From Thermoproteus tenax Kra 1 (GTDB taxonomy: Archaea; Thermoproteota; Thermoprotei; Thermoproteales; Thermoproteaceae), in NCBI RefSeq assembly GCF_000253055.1, contig NC_016070.1:1620001-1652000 (forward strand): 32,000 nt of DNA, given 5' to 3'. The translations under genes and the position numbers were made by a program. A model generated the notes under the pieces. That model searched no databases. It was not told where the DNA came from and worked only from the letters and a program-made list of their open reading frames with translations. This document shows, in pieces, positions 1 to 7,695 of the stretch (its first letter is position 1; each line of letters begins with the position of its first letter).

Positions 1-623
1 GTGCCCTCGCCCAAGGCGAAGATCTGGGCATGAATAACGTAGTCTCCCTCCAGGAGCCCGTAGGCTACCACGGCCTCCGGCTTAACGTTGGCCGCAAAAA
101 TCGCCAGATCGATGTCGTGTATTGTGAGATCCTTTATTACTCCCACGTCGCCCGCCCTCTGAGGCTTCGGCGAAGTTCTGCGGCTGTATATAGAGACCAC
201 GCCGCCTAGTTTGCCCAAATTATCCCTCATGAACTTGACTGCTGGGTGGTGGCGGAGCACATACCCTGTAGTTACGACCTTGACGCCGCGCCTCAGATCC
301 ATTAGCTCCAGCGCCTGTCTGTAATTTTCAGTAAACGGCTTCTCGACCAGAAGCGATATGCCCGACTCCATCAAGGCCTTGGCGTGTTGATAGTGGAGCT
401 TAGTCGGCGTTGCCACCACGGCGGCATCTATATCGGCCTTTATCGCTTCATCTATAGTTCTGAGGGGGCTCGCTCCGTACGCTTTACTGGCCCATTTCAA
501 TCTGTCCTCATCTATATCTACCACGTAGAGCTCGTCCACCATCCCCTCGGCCGACAACAGCCTCAAGACTCTCACGTGGTTCTTGCCCCAGCCTCCCGCG
601 CCAACGACCGCGACCCTAAGCAT
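1..623 (-). CDS. Gfo/Idh/MocA-family NAD(P)-dependent oxidoreductase, N-terminal part (gene runs off the window start)
   Basis: The ORF track omits it because it is truncated by the window edge. My minus-strand translation from the ATG at 621-623 gives MLRVAVVGAGGWGKNHVRVL...ATPTKLHYQHAKALMESGISLLVEKPFTENY... This shows a GxGxxG Rossmann start and the EKP motif typical of the family. Confidence 0.7.
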   Translation of the reverse strand, partial: MLRVAVVGAGGWGKNHVRVLRLLSAEGMVDELYVVDIDEDRLKWASKAYGASPLRTIDEAIKADIDAAVVATPTKLHYQHAKALMESGISLLVEKPFTENYRQALELMDLRRGVKVVTTGYVLRHHPAVKFMRDNLGKLGGVVSIYSRRTSPKPQRAGDVGVIKDLTIHDIDLAIFAANVKPEAVVAYGLLEGDYVIHAQIFALGEG

Positions 624-645
624 CGTCAGCCGGTGGGCCGACCTT

Positions 646-1431
646 TTAATCTATTCTGGCTTGGGGGAACCTCGTCGATATCTCCCGAATCAGGGCGCTC
701 TTGACCAATTCCACCAACCTCCTGGCCTCCTCGCAGTTTTCAGCGCTTCCATATATATGTATCTCCTCCAGAGGGGCCCCCGTCTCGTGCCCCTTGGGAT
801 GACTTTTTACATATATCCTAGGATCTAGTTTTAGGGCGTCTCTTATGAGCGGGGCCAAGTCGGCCTCAGGCACTCCGGCTAGACGGAAGAGGTCCTCGGC
901 GAAGCAACGCCCTGGCGCCCTCGCCTTCAGTAACGGCTCCACTTGTTCTTCAAATATGGCCTCCATCTCCCTCGGCACTCCGGGCAAGGCAACTATTATC
1001 CTCCCTGCCACCTCGGCCCAGATGCCCGGAGCTACGCCCGCCGAATTGTACAGAGGCCTTGAGCCGCGCGGTATCTGGGCCATTTTCAGACGCTCTGGAG
1101 TCATGGGGTAGCCCCTCTGTCTATACTTCTCGGAGACCCACCTCTCTGCGTCTGGATCCACAACGAGCTCAGCGCCTATGGCCTTTGCTATGGCCGCGTT
1201 GGTCATGTCGTCGGGCGTCGGGCCCAGCCCTCCCGTGGTAATAATCACATCGGCCTTGTCCAGACCCTCGCGCAACACTGATACTATCTCCTCCTCAACG
1301 TCTGGAACTACCACTATCCTCTTGACGGCTATGCCCAAGTATGTAAGCTTTTTGGCCAGCCAGGCCGCGTTGGTGTTGACGACTCTGCCTATCAACAGCT
1401 CGTTTCCTATCGAGATAATCCAGGCGTCCAC
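646..1431 (-). CDS. CinA-like / MoaB-Mog-type molybdopterin-binding domain protein
   Basis: 261-aa ORF. The N-terminus AWIISIGNELLIGRVVNTNAAWLAKKL...ITTGGLGPTPDDMT is the classic CinA/MoCF-biosynthesis domain signature. It lies 22 nt upstream of the oxidoreductase on the same strand. Confidence 0.75.
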   Translation of the reverse strand: MDAWIISIGNELLIGRVVNTNAAWLAKKLTYLGIAVKRIVVVPDVEEEIVSVLREGLDKADVIITTGGLGPTPDDMTNAAIAKAIGAELVVDPDAERWVSEKYRQRGYPMTPERLKMAQIPRGSRPLYNSAGVAPGIWAEVAGRIIVALPGVPREMEAIFEEQVEPLLKARAPGRCFAEDLFRLAGVPEADLAPLIRDALKLDPRIYVKSHPKGHETGAPLEEIHIYGSAENCEEARRLVELVKSALIREISTRFPQARID

Positions 1432-1472
1432 TTATATAACGGACTGTTTTATTAAGAAGATTCGGAGGTGTC

Positions 1473-1919
1473 ATGGAGTTCCCCGATATAGAGCTGAGGG
1501 CCCACACAGGTGAGACCGTGAGGCCTAGGTCCTTTGAAAGGGCTGTAGTATATTTTTTCCCAAAGGCGTTCACATCGGGATGCACGCGCGAGGCCATACG
1601 ATTCAACGAGCTCTACGATGAGTTTAAGGCCTTGGGCGTGGAGATCTTCGGGATCTCTACAGATAAAATAGACACTTTAAGAAAGTTCGCCGAAAAGTAC
1701 CAGTTGAAGTTCAGATTGTTGAGCGATGAGGGAGGAAATCTGGCGAGACAGTTAGGCATACAGAGGCCCAGCGGCTCGGCCGAGAGGGTCACTTATATCT
1801 TGGAGAGAGGGCGCGTGGTGGAGGTTCTTCGCAATCTCAGAAGCGCCGATCAACACGCAGATAGAGCACTGGAGGTCGCCAGAAGGGCGTTCAAGGCAGG
1901 CGGACCCGGTGGGATTTGA
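1473..1919 (+). CDS. bcp: Peroxiredoxin, Bcp (AhpC/TSA) type
   Basis: 148-aa ORF with FPKAFTSGCTREA (the peroxidatic Cys context of Bcp-type peroxiredoxins). Its last 19 nt overlap tRNA-Arg on the opposite strand. Confidence 0.8.
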   Translation: MEFPDIELRAHTGETVRPRSFERAVVYFFPKAFTSGCTREAIRFNELYDEFKALGVEIFGISTDKIDTLRKFAEKYQLKFRLLSDEGGNLARQLGIQRPSGSAERVTYILERGRVVEVLRNLRSADQHADRALEVARRAFKAGGPGGI

Positions 1920-1993
1920 ACCCACGACCTACGGCTCTCGGCGGCGCCGGCCACCGCAGGCCGCCGCTCTGATCCAGGCTGAGCTACGGGTCC
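1901..1993 (-). tRNA. tRNA-Arg (anticodon GCG) with a 17-nt intron at the canonical 37/38 position (intron 1937..1953)
   Basis: The minus strand reads GGACCCG UA GCUC AGCCUGGAUCA GAGC G GCGGC CUGCGG[UGGCCGGCGCCGCCGAG]A GCCGU AGGUC GUGGG UUCAAAU CCCAC CGGGUCC G. The acceptor, D, anticodon and T stems all pair. The intron forms a small hairpin (GGC/GCC) flanked by 3-nt bulges, giving a relaxed BHB. CCA is not encoded. Confidence 0.8.
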
Positions 1994-2012
1994 CGCTAGT
2001 TTCTTCCAACGA

Positions 2013-2023
2013 GCTTTTAAAGC
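2013..2023 (-). promoter_or_regulatory. TATA-like element (GCTTTTAAAGC) upstream of tRNA-Arg
   Basis: AT-rich box centred about 25 nt upstream of the tRNA 5' end at 1993, which matches the archaeal TATA-to-start spacing. Confidence 0.45.
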
Positions 2024-2048
2024 GTTTTGCCCCTGTCTTAGTTCTAGA

Positions 2049-2096
2049 TCAGCCCTGGCCACTCCAGCAATCCGTGCTCCAAAAGTCCATCATCAC
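2049..2096 (-). ncRNA. Candidate C/D box sRNA (weak internal boxes)
   Basis: The minus strand reads GUGAUGA (perfect C box) followed by 37 nt and then CUGA (D box). The internal D'/C' boxes are degenerate (GCAC, UGCUGGA). An AT-rich TATA-like stretch lies about 22 nt upstream. Confidence 0.3.
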
Positions 2097-2126
2097 CGTT
2101 TTTAATTGGGGTAGAGAATAAATAAT

Positions 2127-2175
2127 ATGACGAGGCTGGACGTCGCTGACGAGTGAGGAGGCGTGAAAGGGCTGA
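2127..2175 (+). ncRNA. C/D box sRNA (2'-O-methylation guide)
   Basis: AUGACGA (C) - 12 nt GGCUGGACGUCG - CUGA (D') - CGA - GUGAGGA (C') - 12 nt GGCGUGAAAGGG - CUGA (D). This is the exact archaeal 7/12/4/3/7/12/4 architecture. TTTTTAAT at 2098-2105 lies about 24 nt upstream. Confidence 0.7.
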
Positions 2176-2244
2176 TCGTATTGACAGCAAACCTCGCCCT
2201 TCAGGGCGGGGGCGCGGTCATTGTATTAAACCCACAATAGGTAG

Positions 2245-2751
2245 ATGTGTATGAAGGTCGCCGTCACGGGGCCTCCCGGCGTTGGTAAGACTACTCTGGC
2301 GTTGAAAGTGGCCGAGGCCGCCAGAGGGGTCGGTCTCGACGTTAGAGGCTTTGTGACAGTGGAGCTCAGAGAGGGGGGACAGAGGGTGGGGTTCGATATA
2401 TTGAGGCTGGCTGATGGAGCGAGGGCGCCTCTGGCAAGGGTCGGACCCGGCGAGCCTAGAGTGGGCAAATACGTCGTGTTGTTGAGCTCATGCGACTTCA
2501 TCGTCTCTGCTTTGAGAGAGGCGGGCGACCTTCTGATAGTCGACGAAGTCGGCGCGATGGAGGCCAAGTGTGCCGGCTTTCTCAACGAGGCGAAGTCGGC
2601 GATTGAGCGCAGCGCCAGAGCGCTGGCTGTAGTACACCTCAGATATGTGGGCGCGGCCAGAGGATGGGGCCTCAAGATATATAGTTTGACCAAAGACAAT
2701 AGAGAGCAAATATTCAATGAGGTGGTCAAACTACTTCTTCAAAACGTTTAA
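2245..2751 (+). CDS. THEP1-like nucleoside-triphosphatase (P-loop NTPase)
   Basis: MKVAVTGPPGVGKTT Walker A motif, a later LLIVDEVG Walker B-like motif, and a size of about 165 aa. The real start is probably the ATG at 2251, because a TATA-like TATTAAA lies at about 2224-2231. Confidence 0.8.
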   Translation: MCMKVAVTGPPGVGKTTLALKVAEAARGVGLDVRGFVTVELREGGQRVGFDILRLADGARAPLARVGPGEPRVGKYVVLLSSCDFIVSALREAGDLLIVDEVGAMEAKCAGFLNEAKSAIERSARALAVVHLRYVGAARGWGLKIYSLTKDNREQIFNEVVKLLLQNV

Positions 2752-3214
2752 ATCTTTCGATAACGGCTTCGATGTGGATCGTTGGCATAGAGGTAGGTGG
2801 GCCTTCGGCGGTCCTCCGTTTTTAATAAAGAGGAGAGGTCTGAGGTATCTGATACTCAACATCTTGGCCTCACAAGGCGCATTGACTGGGTCGCAGATAG
2901 CTGACGAGATAGAGAAGATGACGTGGGGGTTCTGGCGCCCCTCGCCGGGGTCCATATATCCCGCGTTAGCTCAGCTAGAGGCGGAGGGGCTCATCCGCGT
3001 GGCGAAGGTGGAGGGAACTAAGAAGTACTACGAACTTACTGACAACGGAAGGAGGCTCTTGGGCCTTAGCTCTGACTACGTTAGGGAGGCGCTGCTGACG
3101 TTCGAGAACTTATACAACTTCATCGCCGAAAATTGGGAAAAATTAAGCGAGGAGGACAGAAAGACGCTCAGAAGAATAGCTGAGGATATCTTGGAGAAAG
3201 ATGGACATAGGTAA
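2717..3214 (+). CDS. PadR-family transcriptional regulator
   Basis: YLILNILASQGALTGSQIADEIEKMTWGFWRPSPGSIYPALAQLEAEGLIRV is a typical PadR winged helix. The start is uncertain: the ATG at 2717 overlaps the NTPase gene by 35 nt, and there is a GTG alternative at 2773. Confidence 0.8.
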   Translation: MRWSNYFFKTFKSFDNGFDVDRWHRGRWAFGGPPFLIKRRGLRYLILNILASQGALTGSQIADEIEKMTWGFWRPSPGSIYPALAQLEAEGLIRVAKVEGTKKYYELTDNGRRLLGLSSDYVREALLTFENLYNFIAENWEKLSEEDRKTLRRIAEDILEKDGHR

Positions 3215-4199
3215 GCTGCCCCCCGAGCTTGTATCCAAATACATCTACTCCAGGATGGGGTCCTACGATCCCGCCGTCTTGATAGGGCCCAGCCTCGGGG
3301 AGGACGCCGCAATAATTAGAGTGGGCAATAGGTATCTAGCCATGCACGTGGACCCGATATCCGGTTCGCTCGAGCTACTCGGCTGGCTGGCCGTACATGT
3401 GGTGTCCAACGACATTGCGGTCAGAGGCTTGAGGCCCAGATGGCTTATGCCCACCATCATGTTGCCGCCTAGTGTTGACGAGTCAGTAATAGATGTCATA
3501 ACCGAACAGATGGACCACGCCGCCAGAGAGGTGGGCGCATCGATAGTGGGAGGCCACACTGAGGTGACCACGGCCGTCTCGCGCCCCGTCGTGGTCATGG
3601 CGGCCGTTGGCGAGGGCGATAGATATGTGGCCACTGGGGGCGCGAGGCCGGGCGACCTAGTCCTTATGACGAAGAGCGCGGCGCTGGAGGCAGCGGCCAT
3701 CTTGGCCACCGACTTTAAAGATATGGTGCTCGCGGCCGGAGTGCCGAGGGAGGTCGTGGAGAGGGCGCAGACGTTCGCTAAATACGTGTCGGTAGTCCGC
3801 GAGGCTCTTGCTATATCGGATCTGGCCACCGCGATGCACGACCCCACTGAGGGCGGCGTCGTGGCTGGTCTAGCCGAAGTTGCTTACGCGTCCTCCGTCA
3901 CAATAATAGTGAGGGCCTCGTCGATAAAGATAGCCCCAGAGACTGCCGCGTTGTGCTCCGCAGCGGGGCTAGACCCTCTATATACTCTGAGCTCAGGCGC
4001 GCTCATAGCCACTGTGCCTGCCGAGAGGGTCGATGAGGCGCTTGAGAGATTGAGGAGGATCGGCGTCGAGGCCAACGTCATCGGCGAAGTTGTTCCAAGG
4101 GGGAGCTACTTACTCGATGGAGATATCAAGGTCGCGAGTCCCTACGTCAGAGACAAGCTCTTTGAGCTCTTCATAAGGCAGTCAGCCGGCAGGTCATAG
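3201..4199 (+). CDS. PurM-superfamily (AIR synthase-related, HypE/ThiL-like) ATP-binding protein
   Basis: 332 aa with GKLPPELV...GEDAAIIRV...VDPI...SNDIAVRG...IVGGHTEV, the motif pattern of AIR-synthase-related/HypE-like proteins. It overlaps the PadR stop by 14 nt. Confidence 0.7.
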   Translation: MDIGKLPPELVSKYIYSRMGSYDPAVLIGPSLGEDAAIIRVGNRYLAMHVDPISGSLELLGWLAVHVVSNDIAVRGLRPRWLMPTIMLPPSVDESVIDVITEQMDHAAREVGASIVGGHTEVTTAVSRPVVVMAAVGEGDRYVATGGARPGDLVLMTKSAALEAAAILATDFKDMVLAAGVPREVVERAQTFAKYVSVVREALAISDLATAMHDPTEGGVVAGLAEVAYASSVTIIVRASSIKIAPETAALCSAAGLDPLYTLSSGALIATVPAERVDEALERLRRIGVEANVIGEVVPRGSYLLDGDIKVASPYVRDKLFELFIRQSAGRS

Positions 4200-4268
4200 A
4201 TCATCTGTCTCTGGCCTGCGTAGTGACATCACCGTTCTACATACACAAGGGCGTTTTAAAGACTCTAT

Positions 4269-5252
4269 ATGCCGTCGAAAGCGCTGTGTTTGGGTTTTGA
4301 GCCTTTTAGTATACGGCGGGAGAGCCCAAAACAGAACCCCATCCCCCAAAACCCACACCAGAGGCCAACCCGCCGCCGGGACAACCTCAAAGCGCTGTTG
4401 GCCGAGGGAGGGGCCCAACGCGGGGGGCCGCAGCCCGGCGCGGCCGAGGGGCATAAGGCGGCGGAAGGTTTATCTGGCGGCGCTGGGTCTTTTAGAGTGT
4501 CTGGCGATGTGGAGGTCTCGGTGGAGGATCTGAGGCTGGAGGGCGGATCGCCCTCAGCCCGCCTGGTCGTCAAGGCGGGCGGCTCCGCGGTCAGGTTCCG
4601 CCTTGGCATTAGGGGGAAGCTCGAGCTCGTCTTCGGCCCCTCCGCTAGGGAGAGGGCCGAGGAGGCGGCGCGCGTCCTTAGGGCGCTGGGCGTGGAGGCC
4701 GAGCCGCGCCAGCACGGGGGCAGGTGGAGGGTGTACGTGACGACAAACGCCATAGCCTCAGCCCACCCAGCGCTGAGGGAGGCCGTGGCCCGCGCAGTGG
4801 AGGCCGCCGCAGAGAGGGGGGCGGTGAAGAAGGAGGTGGCTGAGGGCTGGCTGAGGAAGCTCAGGTCGTCCAGCCCGCCCGGCTGGCCGGACTTCTCGGT
4901 GCGGGTGGACAAAGGCGAGCTACGCGTCGAGCACAAAACCCGCAGAAGGGAGCAGATGGAGGAGGTCGCCGCCAAGCTGAGGGCCCTGGGCCTCGCCGAG
5001 GGGACAGACTACAGGAGGTACCCCGGGAGGTACATAGAGCGCCTCCAGATCACGCCGGACGGCGTCAGGAGGCTGGCCCATATAGCGAAACACGCCGAGG
5101 ACCCAAGGGCGAGGGGGGAGGCGGCCGCGCTGCTGACGCACCTCATAGAGAGGGCCAGAGACGAGAAGGCGAGGGCAAGGCTGGAGGAGCTGGTTAGGGG
5201 GCATGATCGAGCTGCCGAGGCCCATCGTGGACAAGCTGTTGAGAGCGCATAG
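4269..5252 (+). CDS. PaREP2b-like repeat-family protein (function unknown); 5' end uncertain
   Basis: An Arg/Ala-rich product with ...ARVLRALGVEAEP..WRVYVTTNAIASAHPALREAVARAVEAAAERGAV..AEGWLRKL...GWPDFSVRV..GELRVEH...KLRALGLAEG... From memory this matches the pattern of Pyrobaculum PaREP2b proteins. The first 76 codons are low-complexity P/Q/R/G, so a GTG at 4497 with a TTTAT box about 24 nt upstream is an alternative start. Confidence 0.5.
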   Translation: MPSKALCLGFEPFSIRRESPKQNPIPQNPHQRPTRRRDNLKALLAEGGAQRGGPQPGAAEGHKAAEGLSGGAGSFRVSGDVEVSVEDLRLEGGSPSARLVVKAGGSAVRFRLGIRGKLELVFGPSARERAEEAARVLRALGVEAEPRQHGGRWRVYVTTNAIASAHPALREAVARAVEAAAERGAVKKEVAEGWLRKLRSSSPPGWPDFSVRVDKGELRVEHKTRRREQMEEVAAKLRALGLAEGTDYRRYPGRYIERLQITPDGVRRLAHIAKHAEDPRARGEAAALLTHLIERARDEKARARLEELVRGHDRAAEAHRGQAVESA

Positions 5253-6555
5253 GGCGAACAACTACCTAGGCGTAGAGGCCATGGGCCTCCCAATACCACC
5301 AGTGCAGGTCAATCCAGCAACGCCGTATGGATACCCCCTCTTCTGGCTGGAGAGATGGATGCCGGATGTGTACAGCGTACTCGACCACGTCGGGCTCTCG
5401 GCGGATGTATACTACGGTAGCCGCGTAGGATACATACCCTCAATCGACTGGGGCCCTCTCAAACTGTATATCTCTCACACGACGCCCAGCATATATATAG
5501 AATCCTCAGAGCTACGCGTTCGTCCAAGGAGCGGCTTGTACATAGGCCCGGTGAGGGCGCTCGAGGTAGATACCAATCCGCCGGCCCCTAAGTGGCCCGC
5601 GCTGGAGCTGAAACACGACTACATCGAGTACAGGGACGTCCGCGGAAAAGTGAAAGAGGCGAGCGTGCTCAACTTCTACGACAAGCGTCTGCCGGACGGC
5701 AGCCTGTACCTCTTCACGCCAGTCGACAACGCTGTCACCCTCCTGTCCCTCTTCGACAACCCGGAGGCCGGGGATCTTCTGAGGGAGTGGACGCCGGAGC
5801 TGGCGCCCGTGTGGGACGGGCTGGAGGAGCTGGCCAAGAAGACCCGAGTGGAGTACTCGGAGGAGGACATGAGGTTCTTCGAAGCGGCGGGGGTCGGGGT
5901 AGGGAATGTCGAGTTCGAGTTCGGGCCCGTAATAACGCCTAAGGGGAGGATCTCCATACCGGACGCGATAATCGATGCGCTGTACGAAAAGCTCAAGGGA
6001 GAGGGGATAGACCCCCGCGTGAGTGAAGACTTTGGAAAGAGTTTCGGCTGCGTGGCCGGCCTAGGCTGCGTGATATTCGAGAGGAAGCCCCAGGCCGTGG
6101 ACGAGTGTATGGATAAGCGCCCGAGGCTAAGGGAGGCGTACGACAAGTTGCGGAAGGAGTTTTTGGAGAGGCAGGATTATATTGCGGAGTTGGGCTTCCT
6201 CCTGCCGGGCTCCTACTGCGTCTGTATGTTGGGCGAGAAGCTTGAGATCCCGGAGGATGAGTGGCCGTCCCCCCTTGCTGAGTCTGTCGAGTTCGCCGTT
6301 AGGCGCTACAGGCCTGGGGAGAGGGAGGGCGAGTGCATGTGTTTTGACGCCTCCTGCAGAGAGGCCGAGCCGGACCTTGGGAGGCTGGAGGAGCTCCTCG
6401 ACGTATACCTAAGGCGCCTCCACCGGGCCATATGGAGGGGTCTGGCGGTGGTGGAGAGGGGGGTCAGGGCGTGGGAGGAGTCCGGCATGCTCAAGGCGAC
6501 GACCGAGGAGGAGCTCGAGAAGATCGTCGATGAGATATACGGCAACCTCTGGTAG
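5203..6555 (+). CDS. Hypothetical 450-aa protein with a Cys-rich C-terminal third
   Basis: A long ORF with protein-like composition and no motif I recognise. Cys clusters include FGCVAGLGCV, DECMDK, SYCVCM and GECMCFDASC. It overlaps the preceding ORF by 50 nt in another frame, and an alternative ATG lies at 5281. Confidence 0.55.
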   Translation: MIELPRPIVDKLLRAHRANNYLGVEAMGLPIPPVQVNPATPYGYPLFWLERWMPDVYSVLDHVGLSADVYYGSRVGYIPSIDWGPLKLYISHTTPSIYIESSELRVRPRSGLYIGPVRALEVDTNPPAPKWPALELKHDYIEYRDVRGKVKEASVLNFYDKRLPDGSLYLFTPVDNAVTLLSLFDNPEAGDLLREWTPELAPVWDGLEELAKKTRVEYSEEDMRFFEAAGVGVGNVEFEFGPVITPKGRISIPDAIIDALYEKLKGEGIDPRVSEDFGKSFGCVAGLGCVIFERKPQAVDECMDKRPRLREAYDKLRKEFLERQDYIAELGFLLPGSYCVCMLGEKLEIPEDEWPSPLAESVEFAVRRYRPGEREGECMCFDASCREAEPDLGRLEELLDVYLRRLHRAIWRGLAVVERGVRAWEESGMLKATTEEELEKIVDEIYGNLW

Positions 6556-6729
6556 CACGGCGCGTGTGCGGCGCCGCACCCCTCCTCTGCCTCTTTCCGC
6601 GGTTGTGTGTACCGTGGTAGGCGGGGGTCTAGACCTTGTTAAATATTAAATATGCCGTATAGATGGCGTTGTGATGATCTCTTCACTGCGCGGAGTTGTG
6701 ACCATTCCGGCAGACTTATATAAAGGTAG

Positions 6730-6841
6730 TGGGGCCGCCGGGATTTGAACCCGGGCTCACCGGCGCTCTGGTACGGGGCCTAGCCCCAGGCCGGCATCGT
6801 GGCCGGTACTTGTACCTCTAGCCAGGCTAGACTACGGCCCC
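6730..6841 (-). tRNA. tRNA-Pro (anticodon GGG) with two introns: 19 nt in the D-arm (6799..6817, position 22/23) and 18 nt at 37/38 (6766..6783)
   Basis: The minus strand reads GGGGCCG UA GUCU AGCCUGGCUA G[AGGUACAAGUACCGGCCAC]GAU G CCGGC CUGGGG[CUAGGCCCCGUACCAGAG]C GCCGG UGAGC CCGGG UUCAAAU CCCGG CGGCCCC A. Both introns sit in bulge-helix-bulge contexts: GGCU/GGCC with bulges AGA and ACG, and CUGG/CCAG with bulges GGC and AGC. The mature length is 75 nt. Confidence 0.8.
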
Positions 6842-6883
6842 TTATACTCTGTTTCCGAGGGTTTATTAATATTTGGCGTGCGG

Positions 6884-7663
6884 CTATAGGCTGGCGACCG
6901 TCAATGTGCCCTCAAGCGCCTTGTTTACGACAAAGTTTATGAATCTCTCGAGCGGCTCCACTCTGTCGCCTAAGCTCTTCCTCAGCATCTCCATGGCCCC
7001 CCTTATCTCTGCCACGAGCGGCCTCATGTCGTTCTTGTTCCCCTCGTCGGCCATATCGTCGGAATATTGGTACAAAACGCCGAGGGCCCTCCCCAGAGAG
7101 GCCGCGTGTCTCAGAAGCTCGCGCCTTCGCAATATAATGGTGGGCATAACGAAGGCGGCCTCTATGAGGGGGGCCGTCTTGAGCTCCGCCGACTCTCTCT
7201 TGAGCCCCCGCATGTCCATTGCCTGGCCCTCCGCCAATCTCTTCGCTATACTGGAGAGGTATAATACGACGTCTGCCCCTATAGCTACTGCCCTCTCTAT
7301 GGCCTCCGCTATGAGCCAATCGCTCGCCACTATCGATGCGCCGTCGCCGTATAACTCCCGCGGCGTCTTCTGGCCTCTGCGGTCTCTGTGGCCGTCTATA
7401 ACGTCGTCTTGCAACAGTGACACTATGTGGAGCGTCTCCAGGATGGATGCCGCATTGATTATTTTCCGGTCGTCCAATCTGCGGGGGTCTAGCACGTAGG
7501 TGAAAAGGAGCAAGAGGAGGGGCCTTATCATCTTGCCGGGCCTCTCGATGTAGGCGCGTATGGCGGCCCTAAGCAGAGGGTCGGCGACGCTCGAGCCTAT
7601 GCCGTTCATATCTCCCTTGACTTTCTCTAGGGCGTTTAGAACCTCGGCCGGTATATCTAACAC
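6884..7663 (-). CDS. Polyprenyl diphosphate synthase (trans-isoprenyl diphosphate synthase family, GGPPS-like)
   Basis: First Asp-rich motif LLQDDVIDGHRDRRG and second motif YQYSDDMAD. The product is 259 aa, which is short for the family. Confidence 0.8.
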   Translation of the reverse strand: MLDIPAEVLNALEKVKGDMNGIGSSVADPLLRAAIRAYIERPGKMIRPLLLLLFTYVLDPRRLDDRKIINAASILETLHIVSLLQDDVIDGHRDRRGQKTPRELYGDGASIVASDWLIAEAIERAVAIGADVVLYLSSIAKRLAEGQAMDMRGLKRESAELKTAPLIEAAFVMPTIILRRRELLRHAASLGRALGVLYQYSDDMADEGNKNDMRPLVAEIRGAMEMLRKSLGDRVEPLERFINFVVNKALEGTLTVASL

Positions 7664-7695
7664 GGGGTAAAAAAGGTATTTGCCCTATATTTACT

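Noticed and set aside
384-1513. Plus-strand ORFs 384..704, 583..828, 845..1111 and 1178..1513.
   Set aside because: They are antisense to the well-supported oxidoreductase and CinA-like genes, and their translations are low complexity.
3263-5299. Long minus-strand ORFs (3263..3847, 4265..4975, 4920..5261) opposite the PurM-like and PaREP2b-like genes.
   Set aside because: Their S/A/P/R-rich composition is typical of antisense frames in GC-rich coding DNA, and the plus-strand products carry recognisable motifs.
6560-6590. The palindrome GUGCGGCGCCGCAC just after the stop of the 450-aa gene.
   Set aside because: It is probably a simple hairpin or terminator-context element next to a T-rich tract. 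Nothing further distinguishes it.
6671-6720. A C/D box sRNA-like start (GUGAUGA at 6671-6677) with a TATA-like TTAAATATTAAATAT about 20 nt upstream, between the 450-aa gene and tRNA-Pro.
   Set aside because: There is no CUGA D or D' box at the required 12-nt spacings (only GCGG and CAGA), and the C' box is poor (GUGACCA). This is not enough to call an sRNA.
4200-6841. The tRNA-adjacent GC-rich island as an integrated element.
   Set aside because: No integrase or recombinase ORF is present, and I could find no partial copy of the tRNA-Pro 3' half (gggatttgaacccgg) near 4200-4300 that would mark an att site.
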